Below are positions 40,803-49,180 of a stretch of DNA of 64,000 nucleotides, one piece after another. A program made the position numbers and the translations under genes. The number at the start of each line of letters is the position of its first letter. Position 1 is the first letter of the stretch. Below the pieces are notes generated by a model. The model was given only the letters and a program-made list of their open reading frames with translations, did no database searches and had not been told where the DNA came from. The stretch covers positions 1-64,000 of IMG/VR virus record IMGVR_UViG_3300042558_003617; one strand, written 5' to 3'. The stretch is from a virus.

Positions 40803-41122
40803 AGAGTTTCTGTTACGAGGTATGTCTTACCCTAAGCTGAGTTTAGGCAGCTAATGCGAACTGTGAGTCGTTTGCGTTTACTTTGTTTTGCTTCTTCGAC
40901 CGAGTTACCCCAATCCTACGGCTTCTACATTGCCGGACTGTCCATTTCAATACTCTTGACCCAATCGATCCTGTGTCAGGCCCATCATAAAAAGATTGCT
41001 ACTATTACTATGAAAATTAATATTGCTAACAATGATGGTAATCTCACGTAATCTCCTTATGGTGGACCTGGCGGGCACTGCCCCCGCGTCTTGAATCCTT
41101 TTCTGTCTACTTCATACAGTCT
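40803..41122 (-). ncRNA. ssrA: Permuted (two-piece) tmRNA; tag peptide ANDSQFALAA
   Basis: Acceptor piece ends ...CAGGTCCACCA (41060) and precedes the coding piece starting GGGCCTG (40983); G3.U70 pair; tag ORF 40875..40843; outer ends approximate. Confidence 0.92.
40985..41047 (-). CDS. 20-aa hydrophobic peptide encoded inside the tmRNA intervening segment
   Basis: AAGGAG + 5 nt + GTG; MRLPSLLAILIFIVIVAIFL*. Confidence 0.45.
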   Translation of the reverse strand: MRLPSLLAILIFIVIVAIFL

Positions 41123-41132
41123 TAACTTTTAT

Positions 41133-41309
41133 TTATTCTTCAACTCCGAAATGTGCCAGTATAATGTCTGCATCGTAGTCTGCCAAGCAAAGTTCAGCAC
41201 ATTTCTTCACAATCAACTCGGCGAACTTTTCAGCATGGTCCACGCCCATCCATTTGCCACTAGTATCAGTGCCTGCTTGATTCATTAGTTGTTTAATTCG
41301 TTCGTTCAT
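41133..41309 (-). CDS. Small hypothetical phage protein (58 aa, not in ORF track)
   Basis: MNERIKQLMNQAG...EKFAELIVKKCA...HFGVEE*; GGAG SD. Confidence 0.7.
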   Translation of the reverse strand: MNERIKQLMNQAGTDTSGKWMGVDHAEKFAELIVKKCAELCLADYDADIILAHFGVEE

Positions 41310-41340
41310 CTATCAACTCCGGAATAGGTTAACAGAATCA

Positions 41341-41604
41341 TTATCGACCGGGAAGGCCAGGTGTGGCACTGTGTCGTTCTTTGCGTGTTCTTCGATCTTC
41401 CACATGCGTGGATTTTAGCAAAAGCTCACGCCCAATTTTGCCTTGTTCAATTTCTTCCAGAGCCTTGACAAGATTGCCCGAATTGCTGACAACAGTTGGT
41501 TGATACCCCACAGAAAGTTCTCTAGCACGCCTGGATGCAATCAGCACCAGGTCGTACCGGTTGCCCACTGCACTTACTGCTGATTCACTGGTGTATCTGG
41601 CCAT
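41341..41604 (-). CDS. rpoZ: RNA polymerase omega subunit homologue
   Basis: 'VGNRYDLVLIASRRAREL...ALEEIEQG' matches the omega consensus. Confidence 0.88.
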   Translation of the reverse strand: MARYTSESAVSAVGNRYDLVLIASRRARELSVGYQPTVVSNSGNLVKALEEIEQGKIGRELLLKSTHVEDRRTRKERHSATPGLPGR

Positions 41605-41634
41605 AAAATTTTCCTTTTGTTAAACTATGTGTGT

Positions 41635-41663
41635 ATTATAGCAAATTATTCATTTGTTGTCAA
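41635..41663 (-). promoter_or_regulatory. Consensus sigma70 promoter for the omega homologue
   Basis: TTGACA-17-TATAAT. Confidence 0.85.
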
Positions 41664-43223
41664 CGGCATGATACCCAGTCGGCGATGCAACAACTCCTTG
41701 TATTCAATTGCTCGCTGTTGTTTTCTAACATCAACACTGTGCCAATCAAAATCTTTCATTGGTTTGTTCAGAGCAAAGTCCAAATCAAACCCAAGCCCGG
41801 CAATTTCAAATGCGGCCAAATTGCTTACTTTTCTATTACCGTCACGAATGCCCTGAGCCATTAACTCGTCAGCCATGCGTTTGCAATCTTCAAAGGTGGT
41901 AAATTGATTTTTCCACAAGTACCGATTGTTGTCTTGTGTTCCAGTGATTTCGTATCCGTATTTTTCTGGGTAACGATCGAACTCACTTGTGTAGGCTAGA
42001 TTTTGTTGACTTAGATAAAATGGAAGCACCACCCAGGAGTCTAGTGGTATATCTTTGTTCAGCAAAGCCTGTGCAGTACGTTCCATGCTGGCAATTTCTT
42101 CTCCAGGCAATCCAAAGATAAATGTACCATGCAACAGAATACGATCACCGTATTTTTCTTTGCAAATGCGCAAGGTATCAATCAGCTTTTGTCTTGATCC
42201 ACCTTTACCAATCAACTTGGCAGTGGCAGGGTCAAGTGTTTCAATACCGAAAAAACATCCACGACATCCACTGTCAAACAACAAGTCAATGGTATGAGGG
42301 TGAGCTGCCAGCAGATCTAATCTAGCAAATGCCCAAAACTCTAAATCAAACGGCAGTGATTTAGACACACGATGTATCATCTCTACTTTTTCTTGACTGT
42401 CATTAAATGTGTCATCGGAAAACAAGTACCTTGTGACTCCGAATTGCTGATAATTATCAATCAGTTCGTTGCGCAGAGTTTCTTCATGCTTGATGTGATC
42501 TAATTTTTTCTTGCCGTTCAAGGGATAACTGCAAAATCCACATCGAAATATACAACCTCGACTGATCTCGATTACCAATGTTTCCCCGGGCAAGATAGCA
42601 TCCTGAGGTTGATATTTCATAACACTGCTGTTAAAGTCGTATGATTCGGCCGCTCGGTCATCCACTAGCGTGGTTCCAAACAAACTGCGCCGAGACTTTT
42701 CAAGTGGAGTGCCTTTGTGCAAATGATCAGCTAGATTTACTATGGCAACATCGCCGTAACCAATCACAGCATAATCGTAATCTCGTATGTAAGATAAGTC
42801 TTGTGCATCTGGTCCACCAAGCACCCATTGACAATGCGGGTTGATATTGGAAACTAGCTCACGTAGTTCACGGTTGTACTTGATACCATGTGGTAGAAAC
42901 GCACCGGGCTCTCGCTCGGTATACTTCTGTCCACCGCGTTCGTGATCCAGCACGTCCGGGGTGTCAAGTTGAATGGGATTTTCTATTGACTGATAAAAGA
43001 AAGAATTAACTCCCACAAACAATGTTTGTTGATTAACTGTTTGTTGGAGTATGTTCTTGATTTCTTCAATTGAAAACACATGCAAGTGATTTATCACTAG
43101 CACTTCGTACCCAGCCGCTCTAAGCTCGCATGCAACTTTGTGAGAGCCCAGTGGCTTAGACAGCAACAACACATCTGTGCGATCAGTAAGGATTACAACA
43201 TTTGGTTTGTGGTTGTCTAGCAT
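41646..43223 (-). CDS. Cobalamin-binding-type (class B-like) radical SAM enzyme
   Basis: 'SRGCIFRCGFC', 'DDTFN', 'FFGIET', 'FIFGLPGE'; N-terminal 'VLGGP...GYGD' domain. Confidence 0.85.
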   Translation of the reverse strand: MLDNHKPNVVILTDRTDVLLLSKPLGSHKVACELRAAGYEVLVINHLHVFSIEEIKNILQQTVNQQTLFVGVNSFFYQSIENPIQLDTPDVLDHERGGQKYTEREPGAFLPHGIKYNRELRELVSNINPHCQWVLGGPDAQDLSYIRDYDYAVIGYGDVAIVNLADHLHKGTPLEKSRRSLFGTTLVDDRAAESYDFNSSVMKYQPQDAILPGETLVIEISRGCIFRCGFCSYPLNGKKKLDHIKHEETLRNELIDNYQQFGVTRYLFSDDTFNDSQEKVEMIHRVSKSLPFDLEFWAFARLDLLAAHPHTIDLLFDSGCRGCFFGIETLDPATAKLIGKGGSRQKLIDTLRICKEKYGDRILLHGTFIFGLPGEEIASMERTAQALLNKDIPLDSWVVLPFYLSQQNLAYTSEFDRYPEKYGYEITGTQDNNRYLWKNQFTTFEDCKRMADELMAQGIRDGNRKVSNLAAFEIAGLGFDLDFALNKPMKDFDWHSVDVRKQQRAIEYKELLHRRLGIMPLTTNE

Positions 43224-43235
43224 AGCTGATACTTA

Positions 43236-43709
43236 TCAAGCCACTCGTTGCAGGCTTGGGAACTTGTCGGCTGCATGTGAGGCAGCCCAGGCATGCGGTT
43301 TCACCAACGGAATAACATTGCAGGTGCCGCGAATGTAGCCAATGGCTTGACTGACCACACATGAACTACCGTGCATTTCATCTGGGTTAATATCCAAGTG
43401 AACTTCAACTGGTCGATCTTCAAGTACAGTACTCAGTTTCTGAAACATTTCGCTAACCTTGTATACTTCATTCATCAAACGCATGCTGGGACGATTGGCT
43501 CGTTGGTCGTAGTCACGTTCACGAGTGATTTCTCCAAAGATTTTGCAACCGTGGCATCCGTCGATATGTACTACAATGCACACAGTGTAAACACCCCACC
43601 ATATTCCATTGATACGATGGCGCTCCGAGTCTGCTCCTAGGTAGATACGTGTGTTTGGGCCTTGTTGGGCAATATAATCCTTGACTTGGTTTATATCTAT
43701 AGTTGGCAT
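43236..43709 (-). CDS. RNase H-like YkuK (DUF458) family protein
   Basis: 'IYLGADS', 'RLMNEV', 'EVHLDIN', 'KP.AWAASHAAD'. Confidence 0.8.
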   Translation of the reverse strand: MPTIDINQVKDYIAQQGPNTRIYLGADSERHRINGIWWGVYTVCIVVHIDGCHGCKIFGEITRERDYDQRANRPSMRLMNEVYKVSEMFQKLSTVLEDRPVEVHLDINPDEMHGSSCVVSQAIGYIRGTCNVIPLVKPHAWAASHAADKFPSLQRVA

Positions 43710-43726
43710 ACAATTTCCTTTGTGTG

Positions 43727-44359
43727 TTATGTCTGTATGGAGTGGTCGGTATCTATTAAATTTTTATAACGTTGCCTAAAGTCGGCAAACGTGGGGTTGG
43801 TATCAAGCAGTAGAGAAAACAAATAGCGTTCAGTTATGATATTCTCCACGCTGTGATAGTGTTGCACATCATAAGCATGCCATTGATGTAACGGAATCAC
43901 AGTTTTAAAATCCACAGTCACATCCTTGTGGTAGATGTTGGCAGCACTGGAAAGATCGGGATTGGGTCGCGATTCTTTGTAAAATACTGTGCGAACATCC
44001 GGACCGCCAAGCTCTAGCAAATAGTTTATGGCAACATATCTTGCACGATCACAATGTGGTGGACTTTGACTGGGAACCGACAATACATTTTTAATTTTAC
44101 CAACCACTGCGGATACAACTGTGTTTGGAAAAAATTTCTGATAAACTGCTCTAATTTGATTTTGTATTTCGGCAGACAGTACAGTGTCTTTGGTGCCGTA
44201 TTCGTGTGCAGCCACAGGGATTTCGTTGCGATGAAAATTGTCGACCCAGATCCTGTGTTCTTCAAACAAGGGGATTTGTTGGCAACAGTTGATCAACTGG
44301 GTTGCCAACGCTGTCGGCGGCGCAGGCAAATTTAAAAAAGCTACTTTAAGTGTCGACAT
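43727..44359 (-). CDS. Hypothetical protein, possible 2OG-Fe(II)/cupin oxygenase
   Basis: 'PHCD...AINY...YHSV...R' HxD...H pattern. Confidence 0.55.
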   Translation of the reverse strand: MSTLKVAFLNLPAPPTALATQLINCCQQIPLFEEHRIWVDNFHRNEIPVAAHEYGTKDTVLSAEIQNQIRAVYQKFFPNTVVSAVVGKIKNVLSVPSQSPPHCDRARYVAINYLLELGGPDVRTVFYKESRPNPDLSSAANIYHKDVTVDFKTVIPLHQWHAYDVQHYHSVENIITERYLFSLLLDTNPTFADFRQRYKNLIDTDHSIQT

Positions 44360-44378
44360 TGTGTTATCTTACTTATAC

Positions 44379-44462
44379 TGGTGCGAGTGGCCGGAGTCGA
44401 ACCGGCACGCCCTAAGACGGGAGATTTTAAGTCTCCTGTGGCTACCATTACACCACACTCGC
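44379..44462 (-). tRNA. tRNA-Leu(TAA)
   Basis: Cloverleaf, long variable arm, encoded CCA. Confidence 0.92.
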
Positions 44463-44469
44463 ATTAATC

Positions 44470-44551
44470 TGGTACCCCAACCCGGACTCGAACCGGGACG
44501 CCGAAGCAGTAGATTTTGAGTCTACCGTGTCTACCATTCCACCATCGGGGC
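44470..44551 (-). tRNA. tRNA-Leu(CAA)
   Basis: Cloverleaf, long variable arm, CCA. Confidence 0.92.
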
Positions 44552-44553
44552 GT

Positions 44554-44982
44554 CTAAAAGTCTGCGGTAACAGGCTTCAAATCTTCCACATCAGCTAGTC
44601 CGTCTTGGTTGTAACTGATGGATCCTCCGTAATAACCATTGTGGCTGTTACGAACTTCTAAATCTATATATCCACGATCTGTGCGGATGGTCACAAATGC
44701 GTCATCGACGCACTCGTGTTCATCTTCGAGATCTTGTCTTTCAAAATCTTTTGACTCTACAGCCAACACTGTTGCACCACGCAGGATATCAAAAGAGTTG
44801 CCACTGCCCAGTACAGAGTCTACACCATTAACATGGTTGAACCACACAGAATTGCAACAATCATTTGCAGTGTCAAATCGATAGTGATTTCCGTTGATGT
44901 CGCGAAATACCAATGTCCATGCATCGTTGCCTATGAACATTCCGTTTATCTTTTTATTAACTAACACACTAAAGCACGACAT
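44554..44982 (-). CDS. Hypothetical phage protein
   Basis: 'DCC...WF' and 'SHNGYYG' motifs; likely start MSCFS. Confidence 0.7.
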   Translation of the reverse strand: MSCFSVLVNKKINGMFIGNDAWTLVFRDINGNHYRFDTANDCCNSVWFNHVNGVDSVLGSGNSFDILRGATVLAVESKDFERQDLEDEHECVDDAFVTIRTDRGYIDLEVRNSHNGYYGGSISYNQDGLADVEDLKPVTADF

Positions 44983-45217
44983 CGCTAATCCTTTCTTTTT
45001 TAACGCGGCCAATTCGGCTTGATTTGTCCCAGTCGTAAGCAACACCGTCTGGACACACACCGTCTTTGACAGCGTCAACACCAAACACCCCGCATACTTC
45101 GAAGTCTGCTCCTGCAATGGTTACAAATACTCCAACAGTTTTGGCAAAGCTCATGGCCTCGTCCAAAGTTGCACATACGTTTAATGTTAGGTTATTTTTG
45201 CTGATTACTTTGTACAT
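44969..45217 (-). CDS. Hypothetical protein
   Basis: 82 aa, directly after a TTGACC-17-TATAAT promoter (45224-45252). Confidence 0.7.
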   Translation of the reverse strand: MYKVISKNNLTLNVCATLDEAMSFAKTVGVFVTIAGADFEVCGVFGVDAVKDGVCPDGVAYDWDKSSRIGRVKKERISDVVL

Positions 45218-45262
45218 GCATCAATTATACTACATTGTTGATTTTTGGTCAACCATAAAAAA

Positions 45263-45393
45263 GCAAACATACTGATTTCGCTAGGGCGTGTGTGAGATAT
45301 CAGCATCTCTATGGGTCTTGCACCCGATCACCTGGTCCACTGGATTGTATCAAGCGCCAATGGTAGGTATACCCCTACACGTCTAATGTTTGC
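45263..45393 (-). ncRNA. Candidate structured RNA
   Basis: GCAAACAT/ATGTTTGC closing stem enclosing 3-4 hairpins, directly 3' of tRNA-Val. Confidence 0.5.
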
Positions 45394-45398
45394 AAAAC

Positions 45399-45472
45399 TG
45401 GTAGGTCATAACGGTAACGATCCGCTGTATGTGCAATGTCAATGCACCGCTCTACCTTTGAGCTAATGACCT
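45399..45472 (-). tRNA. tRNA-Val(GAC), A54/U58 T-loop
   Basis: Cloverleaf, CCA; T-loop ATCGTTA. Confidence 0.85.
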
Positions 45473-45481
45473 AAATATTCA

Positions 45482-45982
45482 TCAACTGCTTTCGTGAGTG
45501 TCAGTACCGCGTGGATCGTTTTCATCCGGTTGGTACAGATATGGACGATGTTTGATTTCTTCTTGTTCATCGTAAGTCCAACCCAGTGCCTTCATCATGC
45601 GATGTTTGACCAACAAGTTGGGACTGCGAAACACCTCAGTATCATCAAAGCCCAGCATGACACCAACTTCGCACACTGCACCACTACGGCAAACACCCGC
45701 CACACAGTGAACAACCACATTCATGTGATTGTCCTTTGCATGTTGCAATAGTCGAACAAGCTCGTTGGCCTGCTCTTGACTGCACCGCATGGCTTCGTCT
45801 AATGCAAAATCATTTTCTTCAATGTCTAAGAATTCAAATTGATGAACTTGCTTGAACTTGTACAAGGGTGTGGGAAAGTCACCAGGTGGATCCACAATTT
45901 GAATCAGCATAGCGTTCTCACCGGGATTGATATGAAATCCCCGGGCAATGTCGCTTTTGGCTACGTTTTGAATCCACGGCAT
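45482..45982 (-). CDS. Cys-based (tyrosine/dual-specificity) phosphatase-like protein
   Basis: HCVAGVCRS = HCx5R P-loop. Confidence 0.85.
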   Translation of the reverse strand: MPWIQNVAKSDIARGFHINPGENAMLIQIVDPPGDFPTPLYKFKQVHQFEFLDIEENDFALDEAMRCSQEQANELVRLLQHAKDNHMNVVVHCVAGVCRSGAVCEVGVMLGFDDTEVFRSPNLLVKHRMMKALGWTYDEQEEIKHRPYLYQPDENDPRGTDTHESS

Positions 45983-45999
45983 GGTGCACTCCTTTTGAT

Positions 46000-46074
46000 T
46001 GGTACCCTAGCGTGGGAACGATCCACGGACCTACGCCTTATCAAGACGGCGCTCTACCACTGAGCTACTAGGGC
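46000..46074 (-). tRNA. tRNA-Ile(GAT), A54/U58 T-loop
   Basis: Cloverleaf, CCA. Confidence 0.87.
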
Positions 46075-46080
46075 AATAAA

Positions 46081-46155
46081 TGGTACCTGGACACGGTTTC
46101 GAACCGCGGACCCTCTCCGTGTAAAGGAGACGCTCTACCCCTGAGCTATCCAGGC
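46081..46155 (-). tRNA. tRNA-Val(TAC)
   Basis: Cloverleaf, CCA. Confidence 0.92.
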
Positions 46156-46166
46156 AAAATCTCAAC

Positions 46167-46242
46167 TGGGGTGTCACACGGGGAACGATCCCGTACTACC
46201 AGTTTCACAGACTAGTGTGCGAACCTCTACACTAGTGACACC
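46167..46242 (-). tRNA. tRNA-His(GTG), A54/U58 T-loop
   Basis: Cloverleaf with G-1:C73 pair, CCA. Confidence 0.87.
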
Positions 46243-46249
46243 ATAGAAC

Positions 46250-46558
46250 TTATTCCAACTCTGTTGGCGGCAAAATACCATTGCTATGTCGATCTGTAGA
46301 TTTTTCTACATCTTGAAACAATCTCTTTTCTTGAGTTGTTAGTTTATCTTTGTGTGTTTTCCTAGGATTACCACACAAATAACATTCAGGGTTACCACAA
46401 TCCATGGCGTGATGTTTTGCTAATCGATGAGGCTCTTGTATGGCTTTATCTTTGTCAGTTAACCCATGTGCTTTGGCAATCTTGACTTGCTTGTTTACAG
46501 CATTTTCATCTTTTTGAATACGCTTCGAACGTTTGAATTTATCTGACTCACTGTTCAT
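46250..46558 (-). CDS. Basic hypothetical protein with a Cys/His cluster
   Basis: 'HHAMDCGNPECYLCGNPR'. Confidence 0.7.
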   Translation of the reverse strand: MNSESDKFKRSKRIQKDENAVNKQVKIAKAHGLTDKDKAIQEPHRLAKHHAMDCGNPECYLCGNPRKTHKDKLTTQEKRLFQDVEKSTDRHSNGILPPTELE

Positions 46559-47081
46559 GCCATGATCCATCTTTGTGTTTTTCAATTGCCAACCTCAGAG
46601 CCTGCTCAACATATTGGTTAAACGTGATATCCAAGTCATGCGCCGCCTTCATGTATTTTAGCAAATCCTCGTCGGAAAAATCAACTGGCATTTGTACTCG
46701 AGTATCGTAAACCTCGCCAGCTACAATAGCTAGACCCTTTTGGATCCACTCATCGTCAACTTCAAGATTGATATACTCAACATCGTCCCAGGCTTGATTA
46801 CCTAATTCTCCGCGGTCAACGGATTCATCGGCATGTGCTTGAGTGTACTCAGAATTGATAATACGATATGCACGATTGTTAGTGTAGTCACAAACATCAA
46901 CTTCGTAGACCTCCTGAGTCTTTGTATCAAACACAATATTGGCACTCCAGCCGCCGGCGCCGTGAATACCATTCCACGCACTCAGGCTATATGCATCATC
47001 ACCAAAACAACTCCAGCCGTAGTCGCTACCCTCGGTAACACGATAATTCACTACTTCCATGAATTCTTTAAAAGTAATCAT
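46548..47081 (-). CDS. Hypothetical protein
   Basis: Start MITFK after an AAGGA SD and a sigma70 promoter (about 47121-47149). Confidence 0.7.
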   Translation of the reverse strand: MITFKEFMEVVNYRVTEGSDYGWSCFGDDAYSLSAWNGIHGAGGWSANIVFDTKTQEVYEVDVCDYTNNRAYRIINSEYTQAHADESVDRGELGNQAWDDVEYINLEVDDEWIQKGLAIVAGEVYDTRVQMPVDFSDEDLLKYMKAAHDLDITFNQYVEQALRLAIEKHKDGSWHEQ

Positions 47082-47173
47082 TTCAATTCCTTGGTTTAAA
47101 TTACTGTCTCTGCATGTAAAATTATACACTAACTGCAATTTGTTGTCAATGCATTTGTTTTGCCAGTTATGAT

Positions 47174-47249
47174 TGGTACCGCTGAAGGGAATCGAACCCC
47201 TATCCCGACGTTCGTAGCATCGTATTCTTATCCATTGAACTACAGCGAT
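47174..47249 (-). tRNA. tRNA-Arg(ACG)
   Basis: Cloverleaf, CCA. Confidence 0.9.
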
Positions 47250-47255
47250 ATAAAT

Positions 47256-47332
47256 TGGTCGGTGTGACACGATTCGAACATGCGACCACTGCGTCCCAAA
47301 CGCAGAGCTCTACCAGACTGAGCTACACACCG
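47256..47332 (-). tRNA. tRNA-Pro(TGG)
   Basis: Cloverleaf, CCA. Confidence 0.9.
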
Positions 47333-47333
47333 A

Positions 47334-47486
47334 TTAACTTGCTACAATTTTTGGAATGTATGGCACTGCTCTAGGACCACCATACAGTTGTTCAAAAAGT
47401 CGTTTAGCCTCTTGCGGGGTGTCCGCATAGATACGCTTCTTTTCTTCACCTTGTGGTGTTCTTACAGTTGTTTCATACATTGGCAT
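47334..47486 (-). CDS. Small 50-aa protein (not in ORF track)
   Basis: MPMYETTVRTPQGEEKKRIYADTPQEAKRLFEQLYGG...; AAGGA SD. Confidence 0.65.
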   Translation of the reverse strand: MPMYETTVRTPQGEEKKRIYADTPQEAKRLFEQLYGGPRAVPYIPKIVAS

Positions 47487-47500
47487 ATTGTATCCTTGAA

Positions 47501-47574
47501 TGGAGCGGGGTGCGAGAATCGAACTCGCAACTCTAACTTGGAAGGATAGCGTTTTGCCACTAAACTAACCCCGC
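47501..47574 (-). tRNA. tRNA-Gly(TCC)
   Basis: Cloverleaf, CCA. Confidence 0.9.
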
Positions 47575-47582
47575 TTGGTTTT

Positions 47583-47656
47583 TGGTGCCCCATGACAGAA
47601 TCGAACTGCCGTAACCTGATTACAAAACAGGTGTAATACCATTATACTAATAGGGC
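47583..47656 (-). tRNA. tRNA-Thr(TGT)
   Basis: Cloverleaf, CCA. Confidence 0.9.
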
Positions 47657-47673
47657 ATCTTTACTATATATCC

Positions 47674-47748
47674 TGGTAGTGATAAGTGGGAATGATCCAC
47701 TCTCCTCGCCTTATGAGGGCGGTACGCATCCATCTACGTCATATCACC
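47674..47748 (-). tRNA. tRNA with CAT anticodon (Met or Ile2), A54/U58 T-loop
   Basis: Cloverleaf, CCA; T-loop ATCATTC. Confidence 0.8.
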
Positions 47749-47847
47749 ATATAGAAACACACTAACGAACCTGGCTGTGGGGATCGAACCCACTAAATCC
47801 CGTAGCACCAGCAGTACTGCTACGATACTGGTTAATGTGTTTTTATA
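47749..47847 (-). ncRNA. Stem-enclosed RNA cassette with a tRNA-like T-arm
   Basis: ATAAAAACACATTAAC/GTTAGTGTGTTTCTAT stem; internal GTGGG-TTCGATC-CCCAC. Confidence 0.55.
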
Positions 47848-47925
47848 TGGTAGGGGCACAGGGATTCGAACCCTGACCTGGCAGATTAAAAGTCTGCTGT
47901 GCTAAACCGTTAACACTATACCCCC
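47848..47925 (-). tRNA. tRNA-Lys(TTT)
   Basis: Cloverleaf, CCA. Confidence 0.9.
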
Positions 47926-47928
47926 ATA

Positions 47929-48005
47929 TGGTCCCTCCACTGAGATTCGAACTCAGACTTCTCGGATTAAGAGTCCGGTATGCTAACCAGTAACATCTTG
48001 AAGGG
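47929..48005 (-). tRNA. tRNA-Lys(CTT)
   Basis: Cloverleaf, CCA. Confidence 0.88.
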
Positions 48006-48114
48006 ATGGATCGTAAAGAATTGTCTTTTACGTGCCATCCAGGACCATACGGGGGTCTAGGATGACACTATCGTTTCGCTGAACGTTTCATGTCATTTTC
48101 CTTAGTAAAAACAT

Positions 48115-48143
48115 ATTATACGACAAATGTCATTTGTTGTCAA
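48115..48143 (-). promoter_or_regulatory. Consensus sigma70 promoter
   Basis: TTGACA-17-TATAAT. Confidence 0.88.
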
Positions 48144-48151
48144 GTCATTTG

Positions 48152-48229
48152 TGGCTGAGGATCTAGGATTCGAACCTAGGAATGCCGGAATCAAAATCCG
48201 GTGCCTTGGACCAACTTGGCGAATCCCCA
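48152..48229 (-). tRNA. tRNA-Gln(TTG)
   Basis: Cloverleaf, CCA. Confidence 0.9.
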
Positions 48230-48235
48230 ACAAAA

Positions 48236-48670
48236 CTACAGGTACTCGTAGTTTACTGTGTCTGTGTTGGTACGGTAAACCTTGGCACCATTTTTGATAT
48301 GGAACCTACGGGCCATCTCAGTGGGCGGACTCAGTGTAACAAACCGTTGAATACCTGGCTTGTTTTTTTGAATCCAGTCTCTTGCTTCAAAGATCAAGTC
48401 TCGTCCTGCTCCTGCTTCGTAGCTCCAAATGGTGTAGAAAACCACAACAATTGGCTCTTGGGAAGGAGTAAACAATTGGCTTTCACTTTCGGGCACAATT
48501 GACTGGTAGCTCACGCAAGTGATTGCGCGGGCAGTTGAGTCATTTTTGCGAGCAACAAAAATGTCTCTGTTTTCACCAACTCTTGAAGAAGTTGGTATGT
48601 GTGGGCGCACAGGATCTTGTGCAATAAACTCAAGAAATGAGTCAGCGGCTGATTTAATTAGATGTAACAT
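48236..48670 (-). CDS. Hypothetical protein (possible GNAT-like fold)
   Basis: 'FYTIWSY..GAGR.LI...A.RFH.KNGA' resembles GNAT motifs A/B. Confidence 0.55.
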   Translation of the reverse strand: MLHLIKSAADSFLEFIAQDPVRPHIPTSSRVGENRDIFVARKNDSTARAITCVSYQSIVPESESQLFTPSQEPIVVVFYTIWSYEAGAGRDLIFEARDWIQKNKPGIQRFVTLSPPTEMARRFHIKNGAKVYRTNTDTVNYEYL

Positions 48671-48748
48671 AATATCCTTATATATCTATTTTTGTATTAC
48701 AATAACATTAAACTCAGCATGGGCTCGGCTACAGCATAAGTATTCTTG

Positions 48749-49180
48749 ATGCTAATTTCCCTAACAATCAATCCCACCCAAGTTTGTCAAGACATCAAAA
48801 TTGATGTATCCTTAAATGGTCATTTGTTGTCTACCTTGGTTTGTGACCAAAAATGGACTTTTGAACATGAACTTGATGAAAGTGATATTTCACAAGACCA
48901 TGTGTTAACTGTGACCATGCATGGCAAAAATCAAACGCACACAGTGGTTGACAGCAACAACCTCATAGTCTCGGACTGCACAGTACTCGTTGAACATATA
49001 ACATTTGATGGCATAGATATTACTGATCTCTATGCAAAAGGTAAAAAATGCTACACTCACGATTTCAACGGAACACAGCCTGAGTTTACAGACGAATTCT
49101 ACGGAATCATGGGCTGCAACGGCACAGTAACAATTGATTTTTATACTCCAATTCACATTTGGTTATTGGAGAATTGTTAA
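48749..49180 (+). CDS. Hypothetical protein
   Basis: TAAGTA 6 nt upstream; coupled to the radical SAM gene. Confidence 0.65.
   Translation: MLISLTINPTQVCQDIKIDVSLNGHLLSTLVCDQKWTFEHELDESDISQDHVLTVTMHGKNQTHTVVDSNNLIVSDCTVLVEHITFDGIDITDLYAKGKKCYTHDFNGTQPEFTDEFYGIMGCNGTVTIDFYTPIHIWLLENC

Noticed and set aside
47843-48091. Long open frame if the TAG of MKRSAKR is read through
   Set aside because: It would run through two intact tRNA-Lys genes; no suppressor tRNA is present and the product has no recognisable features, so it is probably chance
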